Origin: a virus
Length of the DNA stretch: 64,000 bases
Virus record (IMG/VR): IMGVR_UViG_3300013132_000021
Strand: one strand, 5' to 3'
The position numbers were made by a program, and so were the translations under genes. Each line of letters begins with the position of its first letter. Position 1 is the stretch's first letter. Below the pieces are notes generated by a model that did no database searches, was not told the DNA's origin, and saw nothing but the letters and a program-made list of their open reading frames with translations. This document shows, one piece after another, positions 15,702-25,733 of this stretch.

Positions 15702-17032
15702 ACAGTTCTCACCTTGTTACCTTTATCTATAACATGAAATCCTCGTTTTTCAGCAGGCTGATAGGGGAAGTTATTAATTTTTAAATATTCGTCTAAACAA
15801 CTCTTGTACTTACTATTTTTCAAGTCTGCAGTTAACCAAAGAAATTCTTGAACAAGATTTTTATCTAGAAACGGATATCTTGTTTCGATTCCAAAATGTC
15901 CTGCTATATATTCTTCTTTATTAAGATATTGTATTTGAGTACCATCCCAAAAGCTGTGCCAGGGAAAGAATCCTGTTAAGTCTTGAGGAAACTTGCCACC
16001 AAAAGAACTATGTTTGTAAATTTTAGTTCCACCAAATCCATAGTCGCTAATTATTTCGTCGGCACCTTGACCACTGAAATATATTCTTCTTTTTTCTTTT
16101 CTTGCTCTACTACAAATTGCAGCCAATCCCATCGATGCCTGATCCTTCTTAATATCATAGCTCATTAAGTGATCGTTGTAGCTAAAATTTTCGCAGTTGG
16201 TTCTCAGTTCGGTCTTCCAAATTTGAAATTCTTCCCCGCTTAATTCAAAAGCTTCTGTATTTGAAATTTTCTTAAGTCTAGCATTCAGAACATCGATATT
16301 CTCATTGTTACGGATAGTGTATGCTTTGAATTTCGCTCGTTGTTTTTCAAGTTCGCAGGCAATCGCACCGCTGTCGTATCCGGAACTCATTCCGCAGAAC
16401 ATTCCGTATTCTGTGTTGGCGATCCTTTTTGAAATACTCTGTTGGAACGCATGAATCCAATCGTCGAAAGTAGTTTTATGTTGCCGAAGATCAAAAATAA
16501 CATTTTCATGCTCGGCTAACAAATTAAGAGATATTTTTCGTAAATTATAAACTCTTGTGGTGTTGGATTTTTGTTTTATTCCATCTATGAAACCTAGCCC
16601 ATACAATTGACTGTTATACGATGCTACACAAAATTTTCTATCTTTAATTTCATACCAAAGAGGTTTGCAAGAAAATGCATCAGTTACAGTTATTAATTTT
16701 TGTTGAACAAAATCTACAATACAAATTGCGAATTCACCGTCGAGTTTTTCAGCAAATTTATCACCGTAATTTTTATAAACATCGATGATACATTCGCCGT
16801 CGCTTCGATAAGTACCAAATTCTTTGTAGTTATAAATTTCACCGTTGAATACACAAACGATGTCATCTTTAACAAACGGTTGCTTTAATATTGATCCTGT
16901 TATATGCAGATGATTGTGCAGAAATTCAACACCATTGATTTCTTGTCTATCCGTAGAATCTGGACCTCTTTTAGAACAAAATTGATTTGAACCCAGAAGG
17001 TTTCCTACATTTGATACAGCGAATCCACACAT
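15698..17032 (-). CDS. asnB: asparagine synthetase B-like amidotransferase
   Basis: N-terminal Cys (MCGF), RGPD, FNGEIYNY, PP-loop SSGYDS, SGQGADE, ETRYPFLD. Confidence 0.88.
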   Translation of the reverse strand: MCGFAVSNVGNLLGSNQFCSKRGPDSTDRQEINGVEFLHNHLHITGSILKQPFVKDDIVCVFNGEIYNYKEFGTYRSDGECIIDVYKNYGDKFAEKLDGEFAICIVDFVQQKLITVTDAFSCKPLWYEIKDRKFCVASYNSQLYGLGFIDGIKQKSNTTRVYNLRKISLNLLAEHENVIFDLRQHKTTFDDWIHAFQQSISKRIANTEYGMFCGMSSGYDSGAIACELEKQRAKFKAYTIRNNENIDVLNARLKKISNTEAFELSGEEFQIWKTELRTNCENFSYNDHLMSYDIKKDQASMGLAAICSRARKEKRRIYFSGQGADEIISDYGFGGTKIYKHSSFGGKFPQDLTGFFPWHSFWDGTQIQYLNKEEYIAGHFGIETRYPFLDKNLVQEFLWLTADLKNSKYKSCLDEYLKINNFPYQPAEKRGFHVIDKGNKVRTV

Positions 17033-17033
17033 T

Positions 17034-17606
17034 TTATACCTTTACGAAAAGCATGCCGGTGTCGTTAATATGGGTGGCACCATCTTCGTTAGCCAACCGT
17101 TTTATCTCCATAGAGTCGTCCTCTAATAATTTAAAACCTCTAGCCTGTAAATGATTTATCCAATAACTGGTGGGTTGATTGTTTACGTGGTGGTGGCCTC
17201 GCTGTTTTGGTCTACCATGCGTCATAAAAATGTATTTTCCGCAACATAAAGCTGTGAGTAGATTATCTAAATATTTTTCTTCTACATGTTCTACTACTTC
17301 TACACAATTAACCATATCTACGTCTGCAGTGAAAGTTTTTTCCGTTAAATCTACACATTCTGTAGGATGCACAGCGAGCCTGCAGTTTTCTTGCATACCT
17401 TCAATGGCCAAAGATATTAAACCTTGATCATTAAACCATTTAGCAGCGTGTCCTCGACCTGACCCGATATCTAAAACAGACTTTATTCCATATTTGCTGA
17501 TAACATAGCTCCACGCTCTAGGGCTGTGAGTGTGCTCGTTCATATCTATATAGTTTCCACCTAGATGTGGATTATTTGGATCGTGAGCTTCGACGTGTTT
17601 TCCCAT
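17034..17606 (-). CDS. class I SAM-dependent methyltransferase
   Basis: VLDIGSGRG, EVVEHV, GHHHVN. Confidence 0.85.
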   Translation of the reverse strand: MGKHVEAHDPNNPHLGGNYIDMNEHTHSPRAWSYVISKYGIKSVLDIGSGRGHAAKWFNDQGLISLAIEGMQENCRLAVHPTECVDLTEKTFTADVDMVNCVEVVEHVEEKYLDNLLTALCCGKYIFMTHGRPKQRGHHHVNNQPTSYWINHLQARGFKLLEDDSMEIKRLANEDGATHINDTGMLFVKV

Positions 17607-17615
17607 TTTATTTCC

Positions 17616-18194
17616 TTATATATAAGCTGCTAAAATATTTTTTGATACTGCTGCATCTAAAAATTCAAACTTGTATTCTAAATTTATAGACTTTATATAT
17701 TCTTTAACTTGATCTATAGTTATATAGTCATGCGCTTCCTTGCCAAAACAATTTAAATCATCTATCAATATTGTATGATTTTTTATACGACTGTTTTTTA
17801 TAAATTCTAATTCCTCTATCACAGGACAATTTTTTGCAAGTTTTTCTCCATAGTTAGAACTTATATGGGCATCTAACCAAAACGTAGCCGGGGCTGTTAA
17901 CGATTCAATTATTGGACGTAAAATAATTCCTGAATCACCGTGATACAATTTTACTCGTTGTCGTTTAATTTCTTTACCAAATCTATCTTTGGCCTTAAGA
18001 TATAAATGTTCATGTATTTCAACACTGTAACATTCTTGAAAGCCTGCTTGCAAGGCACAATTTAAACCGTTGCCTAAAAAAGTGCCCGATTCTATGAAAA
18101 TATTATTCTTAAAACGTGAAAAATGTTTTAGTAAATTTTCATAATAAACTTTCACCTTACCTTCAAAATTTTCTGTTTTTTCCCACGGGTTCAT
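17616..18194 (-). CDS. SAM-dependent methyltransferase-like
   Basis: FIESGTFLG, SVEI, HGDS, FWLDAH, ILIDD. Confidence 0.75.
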   Translation of the reverse strand: MNPWEKTENFEGKVKVYYENLLKHFSRFKNNIFIESGTFLGNGLNCALQAGFQECYSVEIHEHLYLKAKDRFGKEIKRQRVKLYHGDSGIILRPIIESLTAPATFWLDAHISSNYGEKLAKNCPVIEELEFIKNSRIKNHTILIDDLNCFGKEAHDYITIDQVKEYIKSINLEYKFEFLDAAVSKNILAAYI

Positions 18195-18197
18195 AAA

Positions 18198-18869
18198 TTA
18201 TTTCTCGTCGTATCTTTTACTTTTTGGTTTACTTCTTTGAATAGGATAGACAAAGTCCTGATCTATTTTTTTAATGGCAGCGGATAATATGTAAGACTTA
18301 TGTGGTCGGCTTTTGGGACCAAACTCCGGTATAATATCTCCCCATTCATTTATAATATTTTGTGATAAAATATCAAAACCGTTGTATTTAAAACCATCTT
18401 CGTGAAACAAAGGGTTGACATTAAAATATCCATGATTAAAATCATAAACAGGGGCTACCGTTGTAACTATTCCTCCTACTTTCACTAGATCACATAAGTT
18501 ATTAAATGCCTGTGCAATGTTAAAACAATGTTCAAGACAACTGCTATCTATTACAAAATCAAATTTGTTTTTATATTCTGCCGGCAACGGTTTATTTAAA
18601 TCTAAATAAACTTCTAATCCTCTATGCTGGGTTACATCAAAAATAGTAGATTGACAGTTAAATTTAATTTTTAATAATTCAATTAGTTGTATTACATCAT
18701 TTAATTTTGATCGTTTAATAATTGTGCGACCAAACAATTCCTCAAGCAAAGGCATATTTTGATACAGATCTGGAAAACCAATCACTGCCACATTTTTTTC
18801 TTTGTCTCGCTGGAAATGAGAATCTAGTAACTGATTAATTTTAACAATGTGTAAGTTAATTATTCCCAT
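18198..18869 (-). CDS. methyltransferase-fold protein
   Basis: LDLN, FDFVIDSSCLEHCFN, VKVGG, HGYF; very AT-rich. Confidence 0.7.
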   Translation of the reverse strand: MGIINLHIVKINQLLDSHFQRDKEKNVAVIGFPDLYQNMPLLEELFGRTIIKRSKLNDVIQLIELLKIKFNCQSTIFDVTQHRGLEVYLDLNKPLPAEYKNKFDFVIDSSCLEHCFNIAQAFNNLCDLVKVGGIVTTVAPVYDFNHGYFNVNPLFHEDGFKYNGFDILSQNIINEWGDIIPEFGPKSRPHKSYILSAAIKKIDQDFVYPIQRSKPKSKRYDEK

Positions 18870-18870
18870 A

Positions 18871-19584
18871 TCAGCCTAGAGATTGTTTTTCTTGTTTCCA
18901 TTGTCTACGTTGTTGTTTGTAAACAGCTTTTTTAGCACGTTCAACCCATCTCCAATTGAACAATTTATCAGGATCGTTCAAAATAGTTTGATCTAAATTT
19001 AATTTATGAACTAAATCATTTCTAACAAAAAATAAATTAAAACTATGACAAACCAACGTATAACCTTTGATTATTCCTACTTCCACAGTACTTGTAAAAC
19101 TGTTTAACCAATTTTCTGTAGAGTGTCGCTGTTTTATTCCAGGGGGAATTTCATTGTTAATTTCTATCACTACGATTTTAGGCTGATATTCTTGTAATGA
19201 TTCCCAAACATCTAAATCGTGTGAATCTATATCAATGCTTAAAATATCAAAATCTTTAGGTATAGATGTGTTTGATAAAATTTTATCTAAAGAATTTTTA
19301 GCATTAGGTGTATGATCTACATAAAAATTTAAAGCTATGATTTGATCAGGATATTTTGATTGAGTCCATAACAATTTAGGAAATTTAGATGAATCTCCTT
19401 CTATCATTACAACCTTTGCTTTTGTTGTGCGTATTAAATGAAATGTATTGCTAAGATACATCCCATCCCATGCTCCAAACTCGCAGCACCATAGATTTTG
19501 CAAATTTAGTCTTTTAATAAGTTCCTCAATAATACCGTCTTCGCCATTTTGAGAAACTATTTTTTTTTCAAACTGATTAAGCAT
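18871..19584 (-). CDS. FkbM-like methyltransferase
   Basis: SQNGEDGII, EFGAWDG..LSNT, LSIDID, PKIVVIEIN. Confidence 0.8.
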   Translation of the reverse strand: MLNQFEKKIVSQNGEDGIIEELIKRLNLQNLWCCEFGAWDGMYLSNTFHLIRTTKAKVVMIEGDSSKFPKLLWTQSKYPDQIIALNFYVDHTPNAKNSLDKILSNTSIPKDFDILSIDIDSHDLDVWESLQEYQPKIVVIEINNEIPPGIKQRHSTENWLNSFTSTVEVGIIKGYTLVCHSFNLFFVRNDLVHKLNLDQTILNDPDKLFNWRWVERAKKAVYKQQRRQWKQEKQSLG

Positions 19585-20344
19585 TTTTCTTTATTAATTT
19601 CTCGTTGTATTTTAAGAGCGACCTAGTTGCTTCTGGATCAATTCCAACACTCTCAGCCCAGGCACACCAGGCATATACATCTTTAGGAATACACTTGCTG
19701 TTGGCTCCTCTACTTTTAGGATAAACAAATGTCCACCACAGATTCATTCTTGGATCGTCTCCATAGACCGCATCTCTAATAGTATAATAATCTATCCCAG
19801 CCGCTTCACAAGCATCATATAATTCTTGACATTGCATAACTTTATAAAAGATCGCTCGATTTTCGCTGAACTTAATTACTTCTGCTTCTAGTCTAGATAC
19901 TTGTCTTATTGACACATTGGCATTGTAGGCCTGCTGATAACATTCAATGACCTTTCTGCGATCTTCTGGATCGCCTCCGATCACTATAAATTTTCTAGAT
20001 TCCATCTGCAAGAATGGATGGTTAGGAGTTTCTCCTAGATATTCAGGTTGTACCACTATTCTTTTATTTGGAAACCTTTTTGTCATGCGATCTGCAAATC
20101 CTGGCTGTGTTGCTGATCTAATCACTATAAAATTACACCCACAATTTTCTATAGCATCCTCAACGGCAGAACAATCTAATTCCGGACCTCCTGTCCAGGG
20201 CGTTGGTACTGCTAGAAACGCGATATCACAATCATCTAATGGTTTAGAAAAATTTGTTTGATATTTGTCATATATTTGTGCTTGAGGAAATAACTTATGA
20301 GTTGCTTTTCCAATCCAGCCGTAACCAACTATTCCTACTTTCAT
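19577..20344 (-). CDS. UDP-glucose/GDP-mannose dehydrogenase family, lacking the C-terminal domain
   Basis: GYGWIG, AVPTP, QPEYL, AEVIKFSEN (catalytic K), KCIPKD (catalytic C); 255 aa. Confidence 0.85.
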   Translation of the reverse strand: MKVGIVGYGWIGKATHKLFPQAQIYDKYQTNFSKPLDDCDIAFLAVPTPWTGGPELDCSAVEDAIENCGCNFIVIRSATQPGFADRMTKRFPNKRIVVQPEYLGETPNHPFLQMESRKFIVIGGDPEDRRKVIECYQQAYNANVSIRQVSRLEAEVIKFSENRAIFYKVMQCQELYDACEAAGIDYYTIRDAVYGDDPRMNLWWTFVYPKSRGANSKCIPKDVYAWCAWAESVGIDPEATRSLLKYNEKLIKKNA

Positions 20345-21312
20345 TTAGTGTCTTCTATTCCGTTATCTATTTGATGTTTGATCCAAGCATAAGTCTGATC
20401 GATTCCGTATTCTAGATCTTCACCGGGTCGCCACCCGATACTGTCCATGATTAGTTTATTGTGGCTGTTCCGCCCCATTACTCCAAGAGGACCTGGAATA
20501 TTTTTAATGGTAATTTTTTTGCCTGCTCTATCGGCAATTAACAAAGCCAGATCGTTAATTGCTATCATTCTTTCACTGCCGAGATTAATCGGAAAATTAC
20601 AATCACTTTCCATTATTTTATGGATACCTTCAATACATTCTTTAATGAAAAGAAAGCTTCTTGTCTGCGTCCCAGGCCCCCATACTTCAACTTCACCGGT
20701 ACTCATTGCTACTTTTCGACATAGAGCGGCAGGAGATTTTTCCTTTCCGTTATTCCATGCACCCAACGGCCCAAAAATATTATGGAAACGAGCGATTCTT
20801 GTTCTAATATCATAGTTTTTAGCGAATGCGATAAACACACGTTCACTGAATAATTTTTCCCAACCATATTCACTGTCCGGTGCCGCAGGATATGCGCTTT
20901 CTTCACTCAGCAACGGGTTGCTAGGATCTTTTTGATTGTAAGCCGGATACATGCAGGCGCTTGAACTGTAAAAAATTCTCTTTAAATCTTTTTTAACCAT
21001 TTCATGAGCAATGTTGAGATTGATCATGGCTGAATTGTGCATGATGTCAGCATCATTCTCACCGGTAAAGATATAGCCAGCGCCGCCCATATCGGCGGCC
21101 AGCTGATAAATCTCATAAAGATCGTTTGTTATGAGTTTTTCAATATTCGCCTGAGATCTCAAATCACAAATATGGAATTCGTCTGCATCGGTCATACTAT
21201 ATTCCGGGTACTTTAGGTCTGCTCCGATTACATAAAAACCTTTTTCTTTTAGACTTGTAACTAAATGCGTTCCTATAAAGCCACCGGCACCGCAGACAAG
21301 TATTTTTTTCAT
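20341..21312 (-). CDS. GDP-mannose 3,5-epimerase-like NAD-dependent epimerase
   Basis: GAGGFIG, QLAADMGGAGYI, SSSACMYP, YGWEK, RFHNIFGP, KEKSPAALCRK, GVMGRNS. Confidence 0.88.
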   Translation of the reverse strand: MKKILVCGAGGFIGTHLVTSLKEKGFYVIGADLKYPEYSMTDADEFHICDLRSQANIEKLITNDLYEIYQLAADMGGAGYIFTGENDADIMHNSAMINLNIAHEMVKKDLKRIFYSSSACMYPAYNQKDPSNPLLSEESAYPAAPDSEYGWEKLFSERVFIAFAKNYDIRTRIARFHNIFGPLGAWNNGKEKSPAALCRKVAMSTGEVEVWGPGTQTRSFLFIKECIEGIHKIMESDCNFPINLGSERMIAINDLALLIADRAGKKITIKNIPGPLGVMGRNSHNKLIMDSIGWRPGEDLEYGIDQTYAWIKHQIDNGIEDTK

Positions 21313-21340
21313 AATAAATCCTTTATTAAGTATATATTTA

Positions 21341-22186
21341 TTATGAAAATTCGTTGAGATCGGCTATCTGCCCATAGATCTTAGCCCATCCTAAGAAAGA
21401 GCTTTTATTTCTAACCACAATATTTGTTCTTGATAAAATCAAAAGGTCAGCCAGTGCTTGTATTACCGATTGCGCTGATCGATTAACATTATAGGGAAAT
21501 ATTCTACCCTCAGTATCGGAAATTTTAGTAGTCCAATCTCCGTCAGTTAATTTTTCAACATAGTTTGTCTTAGGAAATACAATGACGTTTTTTAATCTAC
21601 TAAATTCTTTTTCTGTTGCTTCGTCATCTGAACAAACAAAATATTTTGATTTTAGATCGTTTTCAATTTGATAAAAAATTACGTTGCTGTCTAATTGTTT
21701 ACCGTGATCTGTTTTCCTTAAATGAACACCTTTGATATTCTTATCTATACCTTTTGATTTACAAAAGTTTTGAACTACAGATAAAATGTTTTTTTGAATT
21801 TTAAATTTTTTAAGATTAGAAATTATCTGTTTTGATGTAAAATAACTTGGTAATTTGTTATTATAATAAACTATATCTTCATCTACATCTGCCATTGACA
21901 GCAATTTTTTTAAAGAATGTTCGCTTACTTTTTTTAAAGTTTTATTTGTTTGATTTTGATGGATGATGTAATGTCGATCATCTTCTAAAAATACAGAGTG
22001 TATATCATCATCCATCGTTAATATTTGACTTTCATATAGATCTTGAAAAGTACACCTACACCAATTATTAATAGGCCAACATATTATTGGAATTGATTGT
22101 GTAACTTCTGCTGCTACCAATCCGCCAATTAAACTATTCAACCTATTACCTAATCCCCCATCGGAGAAGATAATCATTTGTTTCAT
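21341..22186 (-). CDS. fucosyltransferase-superfamily glycosyltransferase (NodZ/GT11/GT23-like)
   Basis: GGLGNRL, GVHLRKTD, VCSDD, DLLILS, SSF motifs. Confidence 0.75.
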   Translation of the reverse strand: MKQMIIFSDGGLGNRLNSLIGGLVAAEVTQSIPIICWPINNWCRCTFQDLYESQILTMDDDIHSVFLEDDRHYIIHQNQTNKTLKKVSEHSLKKLLSMADVDEDIVYYNNKLPSYFTSKQIISNLKKFKIQKNILSVVQNFCKSKGIDKNIKGVHLRKTDHGKQLDSNVIFYQIENDLKSKYFVCSDDEATEKEFSRLKNVIVFPKTNYVEKLTDGDWTTKISDTEGRIFPYNVNRSAQSVIQALADLLILSRTNIVVRNKSSFLGWAKIYGQIADLNEFS

Positions 22187-22527
22187 TTTGAAAACCCTAC
22201 ACTCTCTCGTTCTATATCGTCGTGATCAAACTCTGCCCAGTAAAGTTCAAACGCTACGGTATCTTCTACAGCTTCGAATTGATGATATTCTCCAGGAGCG
22301 ACCTTTGTATATTGACCTGCTGTTAACACAGTTTCGTCTACTAGGTCATAATTGTTTTTCCATACACGGATAACAAGTTTACCCGATTCGACGAAAAAGC
22401 CGTTCCACTTAAATTGATGCTTGTGCTTGGAACACACACCACCTGCTGTGGCTTCAATACGGTGAAACTCTAATACACCGTTGGCTTCGAGGAGTTCTGT
22501 TTGACCCCATACTTTACCTGCTTTCAT
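22183..22527 (-). CDS. cupin (sugar isomerase-like)
   Basis: KVWG, CSKHKH, PGEYHQF, FELY. Confidence 0.8.
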   Translation of the reverse strand: MKAGKVWGQTELLEANGVLEFHRIEATAGGVCSKHKHQFKWNGFFVESGKLVIRVWKNNYDLVDETVLTAGQYTKVAPGEYHQFEAVEDTVAFELYWAEFDHDDIERESVGFSK

Positions 22528-22563
22528 ATTGCACCTTTTTAATTAATTAACTGAGTATTTATT

Positions 22564-23070
22564 TCAAACTAATTTGTGTAGCTGCACAACTTCACTTTGC
22601 CTGCTGACTTCCTTGACAAAAAACACACAGGGGGGATTTGGGTCGTCATGCAACGGCACAGTTAGTAATTGTCCATTTTTCATCTTGGGAAAATACCATC
22701 TGACATCCTGGAAGATATTGACGATTTCTATAGGCATAAATTCGGCTTTGAAGCCTTTGATAGGATTAAACACCAGCGCATCGAATCCTCGTTCATTGAT
22801 GCTGGTTAAAGGAAGAACTTCGGGATCTAGCCCGCATTCTTTGTCGCCTACCACCATACACCAATCTAATGGCATCTGTATCTCGTGCCCGCCGACTTTC
22901 AGCAATATCGCAGGACTGTTAAACGATTCGAGAAAAATTAACGGCATGAAAAAGAAATCTGGCTCTTGAGGATTGCTGTTATCAAGAACTGAAAATCTAG
23001 TATCCTCATCTACTTCGTCGGGTAGTTCGTTAAGATCAAATGCCGTGTTGTTAAGTGTTAAAATTCTCAT
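22564..23070 (-). CDS. hypothetical protein coupled to uvsW (possible degenerate Hint fold)
   Basis: 168 aa, beta-rich, ATGA overlap with the uvsW stop. Confidence 0.7.
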   Translation of the reverse strand: MRILTLNNTAFDLNELPDEVDEDTRFSVLDNSNPQEPDFFFMPLIFLESFNSPAILLKVGGHEIQMPLDWCMVVGDKECGLDPEVLPLTSINERGFDALVFNPIKGFKAEFMPIEIVNIFQDVRWYFPKMKNGQLLTVPLHDDPNPPCVFFVKEVSRQSEVVQLHKLV

Positions 23071-24521
23071 ATGATTACCTTGGTTATCGTAAAAGGATAT
23101 CGGGCATCCTTATAATATTTCTTTCGTTCTGTAAGATGCCTTTTAGCATACTTGCAGGTACTGGTTATGTCCCAAATTTCTACGTGATCTTTGTCTTCTG
23201 CTTTTCTAATGCCTCGCCCAATGCTTTGTATAACGCGGACAAAGCTCTTTCCGGGCTCAATAAGAACCAGATTAAAAATCCTTGGAATATTAATACCCAC
23301 AGCGGCCACACCGTAAGTCGCCACAATAATCTTGTTGTCACTTGTTTTAATTTCATCATACTCTTCCTTGCGGTCATCAAGTTTCATACCGCCACTGACA
23401 AACACAGCGTCCGGAATCAAGGCGATTAATTTATTTCCCGTGTCAATTCTATTGATCAACACTAGAGTGTTGCCGGCATCAGATATGCTGATAATCTTAT
23501 CAGCGATCCACTCTAACCTTCTATCATCTGTGACCAAGAACGTGTATTCATCTTGAAAGGATGTAAACACTTCGACATCTGTGGTCTGTAACACATTAAT
23601 GTTCAATTGCGCCAGCACTCCTTTGTTCTGTAAGTCATGCGCACTCACTTGGTTGATTACTGGACCGATACTGGCCAGTATGCCCTGATACTCCCAGGCT
23701 TCCTTAGGAACGGTGCCAGTAAGTCCCCAACGTATGGCACAGTTTTTAAAATTCTGTGTCAGCAGTTTGGTCAGCACTTCTGCCTTGGCCTGATGCACTT
23801 CGTCTACGATCACTGCTACTACATCTTCGCAGAATTCCGCCAGTGTTAGTGTGGCTTCATCGTGGCTCTTTTTGTCTAAGATATTGAGACTCTGCCAGGT
23901 ACAGATAGTGTGGGTACGTCCTAGTTCTTTTCTATCACCAAAATAAACTCCAACGTCTAATCCGAGATTTCGATAATCTTCCTCAGTCTGCACTACTAGG
24001 CTCTTGTTGGGCACGATGATCATAGTACGACCATAGGGTTCACATAAATGACTCAGTGTGGCTGTGGTTATAGTCTTGCCTGCTCCTGTGGCCACTTCCT
24101 GTAAGGCCTGCGGATTTTCCAAAAACTTATTGATCACATCATATTGATAATCACGCAGCACAATAGGTGTGCCTGCTTCGATGTGTCCTTGGGGCCAAGT
24201 CTTGCCCTGATCTGCCCAATAGGTTTCTGATACAGGTAGGAATGAAAATTTATGTGGCGATCTTAGATCTTCGATATCTAACTCGTAGCCTGAATCTTCG
24301 ATGATAGGCAAGATCACATCTAGATGTGCGAGATATCCTGTGCCGCCAATGCCAAAATAGGTCTTGGTTCCATCCCAGCGGCCTAGCTTATATGCAGGCA
24401 TATGTCTTGCATAGGGCAGATCGTATTTTAATTTATTCACTATCTTGCGACGAGTCTCCACGCTGAGGCCTTCAAATTTTACGTTGACTTCGTCTCGGAT
24501 GATCAGTTTACAGCTCGACAA
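23067..24521 (-). CDS. uvsW: UvsW-like superfamily 2 DNA helicase
   Basis: LRDYQ, ATGAGKT, DEVH, GLTGT, GINIP, QSIGRGIR; likely TTG start after an AAGGA RBS. Confidence 0.92.
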   Translation of the reverse strand: MSSCKLIIRDEVNVKFEGLSVETRRKIVNKLKYDLPYARHMPAYKLGRWDGTKTYFGIGGTGYLAHLDVILPIIEDSGYELDIEDLRSPHKFSFLPVSETYWADQGKTWPQGHIEAGTPIVLRDYQYDVINKFLENPQALQEVATGAGKTITTATLSHLCEPYGRTMIIVPNKSLVVQTEEDYRNLGLDVGVYFGDRKELGRTHTICTWQSLNILDKKSHDEATLTLAEFCEDVVAVIVDEVHQAKAEVLTKLLTQNFKNCAIRWGLTGTVPKEAWEYQGILASIGPVINQVSAHDLQNKGVLAQLNINVLQTTDVEVFTSFQDEYTFLVTDDRRLEWIADKIISISDAGNTLVLINRIDTGNKLIALIPDAVFVSGGMKLDDRKEEYDEIKTSDNKIIVATYGVAAVGINIPRIFNLVLIEPGKSFVRVIQSIGRGIRKAEDKDHVEIWDITSTCKYAKRHLTERKKYYKDARYPFTITKVII

Positions 24522-25698
24522 TTTTTTGTCCTTTGGTCTCTGATGGTTTGATATCTCCAAGATATATCACACAAGGATGGCTGTTGAACCAATCTCTAGT
24601 TATGACATTCGTAGGAGGAAATACATTGTTCGTTACTAACAGTGTAACATCACTTGTATCTTTAAACAACCATTTAGCCGGCCTCGATTCAAATATCAAT
24701 AATCTGCCGGACTCTACTTTACCGCCAACGCCCGCCAACCTAATCCACTCATTGATACCTGTGTCTTGATCCCTGCTGTCTCTAAAACACACCTTGATTT
24801 CATTCCTATTGACACCCTGTGCATCAGCATCTGCCACAAACTTCTGCAGCCAAGACAGTGTGTCTCCGGTGCGATCTAACATCACCGCGGCTTTACCGGT
24901 GATATTTTTATATAGGTCAAAAAACGTCTCGTTGGATTTGATCCAAAAGCTGTTTTCTGTGTGAGCAGCTATTTTTTCATTGTTATTTTTAGGTTGTCCG
25001 CGGTATGAGTATCCCATGTGCTTGGCAGTAAGCAGATCTTTATCAGTTTCGCCCACAAAGTGGAGATCGAACCATTGTTCAGCGTCGGCAGTGGCATTGA
25101 ACAGGTGAACTCTATCATCGACGATATCCGACACAGGTGAAATTTCTTCCTGATTTTGCCAGATTTCTTCCACATCTGCCAACACATTTGTAAAACTATC
25201 GTCTATTTCAAAATTATTTCGATTGGCGAATTCGTACAGTGCAATGAGATTGAAATCATAAAGGTTTAGCCTTCGCAGTTTTTGATTTGCGTCCCAGTTA
25301 TTGAATCTGGTGCTTGAGAGTTGATACGAATTTATCTGGTCATCGAACTCTTTTTTCAGCTGATAAGGAAATTTCACACATACCTCTAAATTCCCCTGAC
25401 CTGTGCGTTCCACATAGATCCGTTTAGTAAGGTCTAATACGCGGAACGGCTGCTTCCATGCGAGATTTCTCAACGGATCTACATAGTCGAATCCTGCCAT
25501 CAGAGCTAGGTGTCGGTATTTTTCAAGAATTTTCACCACAAAATCAGCCTGACTTTTGGTCAACGCATCTCCGTTGATGATTCGCAAGTAAAAACTTGAA
25601 ATGGGACTTAGGTCCGTGTGTTGTACCTTGATTTTATCAGATTCAACTAGGTCATGGAATTCAAGAAATATGTCTTCGGCAAAATGTGATGATAGCAT
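24508..25698 (-). CDS. hypothetical protein upstream of uvsW
   Basis: 396-aa ORF with its own sigma70 promoter. Confidence 0.75.
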   Translation of the reverse strand: MLSSHFAEDIFLEFHDLVESDKIKVQHTDLSPISSFYLRIINGDALTKSQADFVVKILEKYRHLALMAGFDYVDPLRNLAWKQPFRVLDLTKRIYVERTGQGNLEVCVKFPYQLKKEFDDQINSYQLSSTRFNNWDANQKLRRLNLYDFNLIALYEFANRNNFEIDDSFTNVLADVEEIWQNQEEISPVSDIVDDRVHLFNATADAEQWFDLHFVGETDKDLLTAKHMGYSYRGQPKNNNEKIAAHTENSFWIKSNETFFDLYKNITGKAAVMLDRTGDTLSWLQKFVADADAQGVNRNEIKVCFRDSRDQDTGINEWIRLAGVGGKVESGRLLIFESRPAKWLFKDTSDVTLLVTNNVFPPTNVITRDWFNSHPCVIYLGDIKPSETKGQKIVEL

Positions 25699-25704
25699 TA
25701 ATAC

Positions 25705-25733
25705 ATTATAAGTGTTTAAGATCTGAAAGTCAA
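25705..25733 (-). promoter_or_regulatory. sigma70 promoter, leaderless
   Basis: TTGACT-17-TATAAT, 6 nt before the ATG at 25698. Confidence 0.8.
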
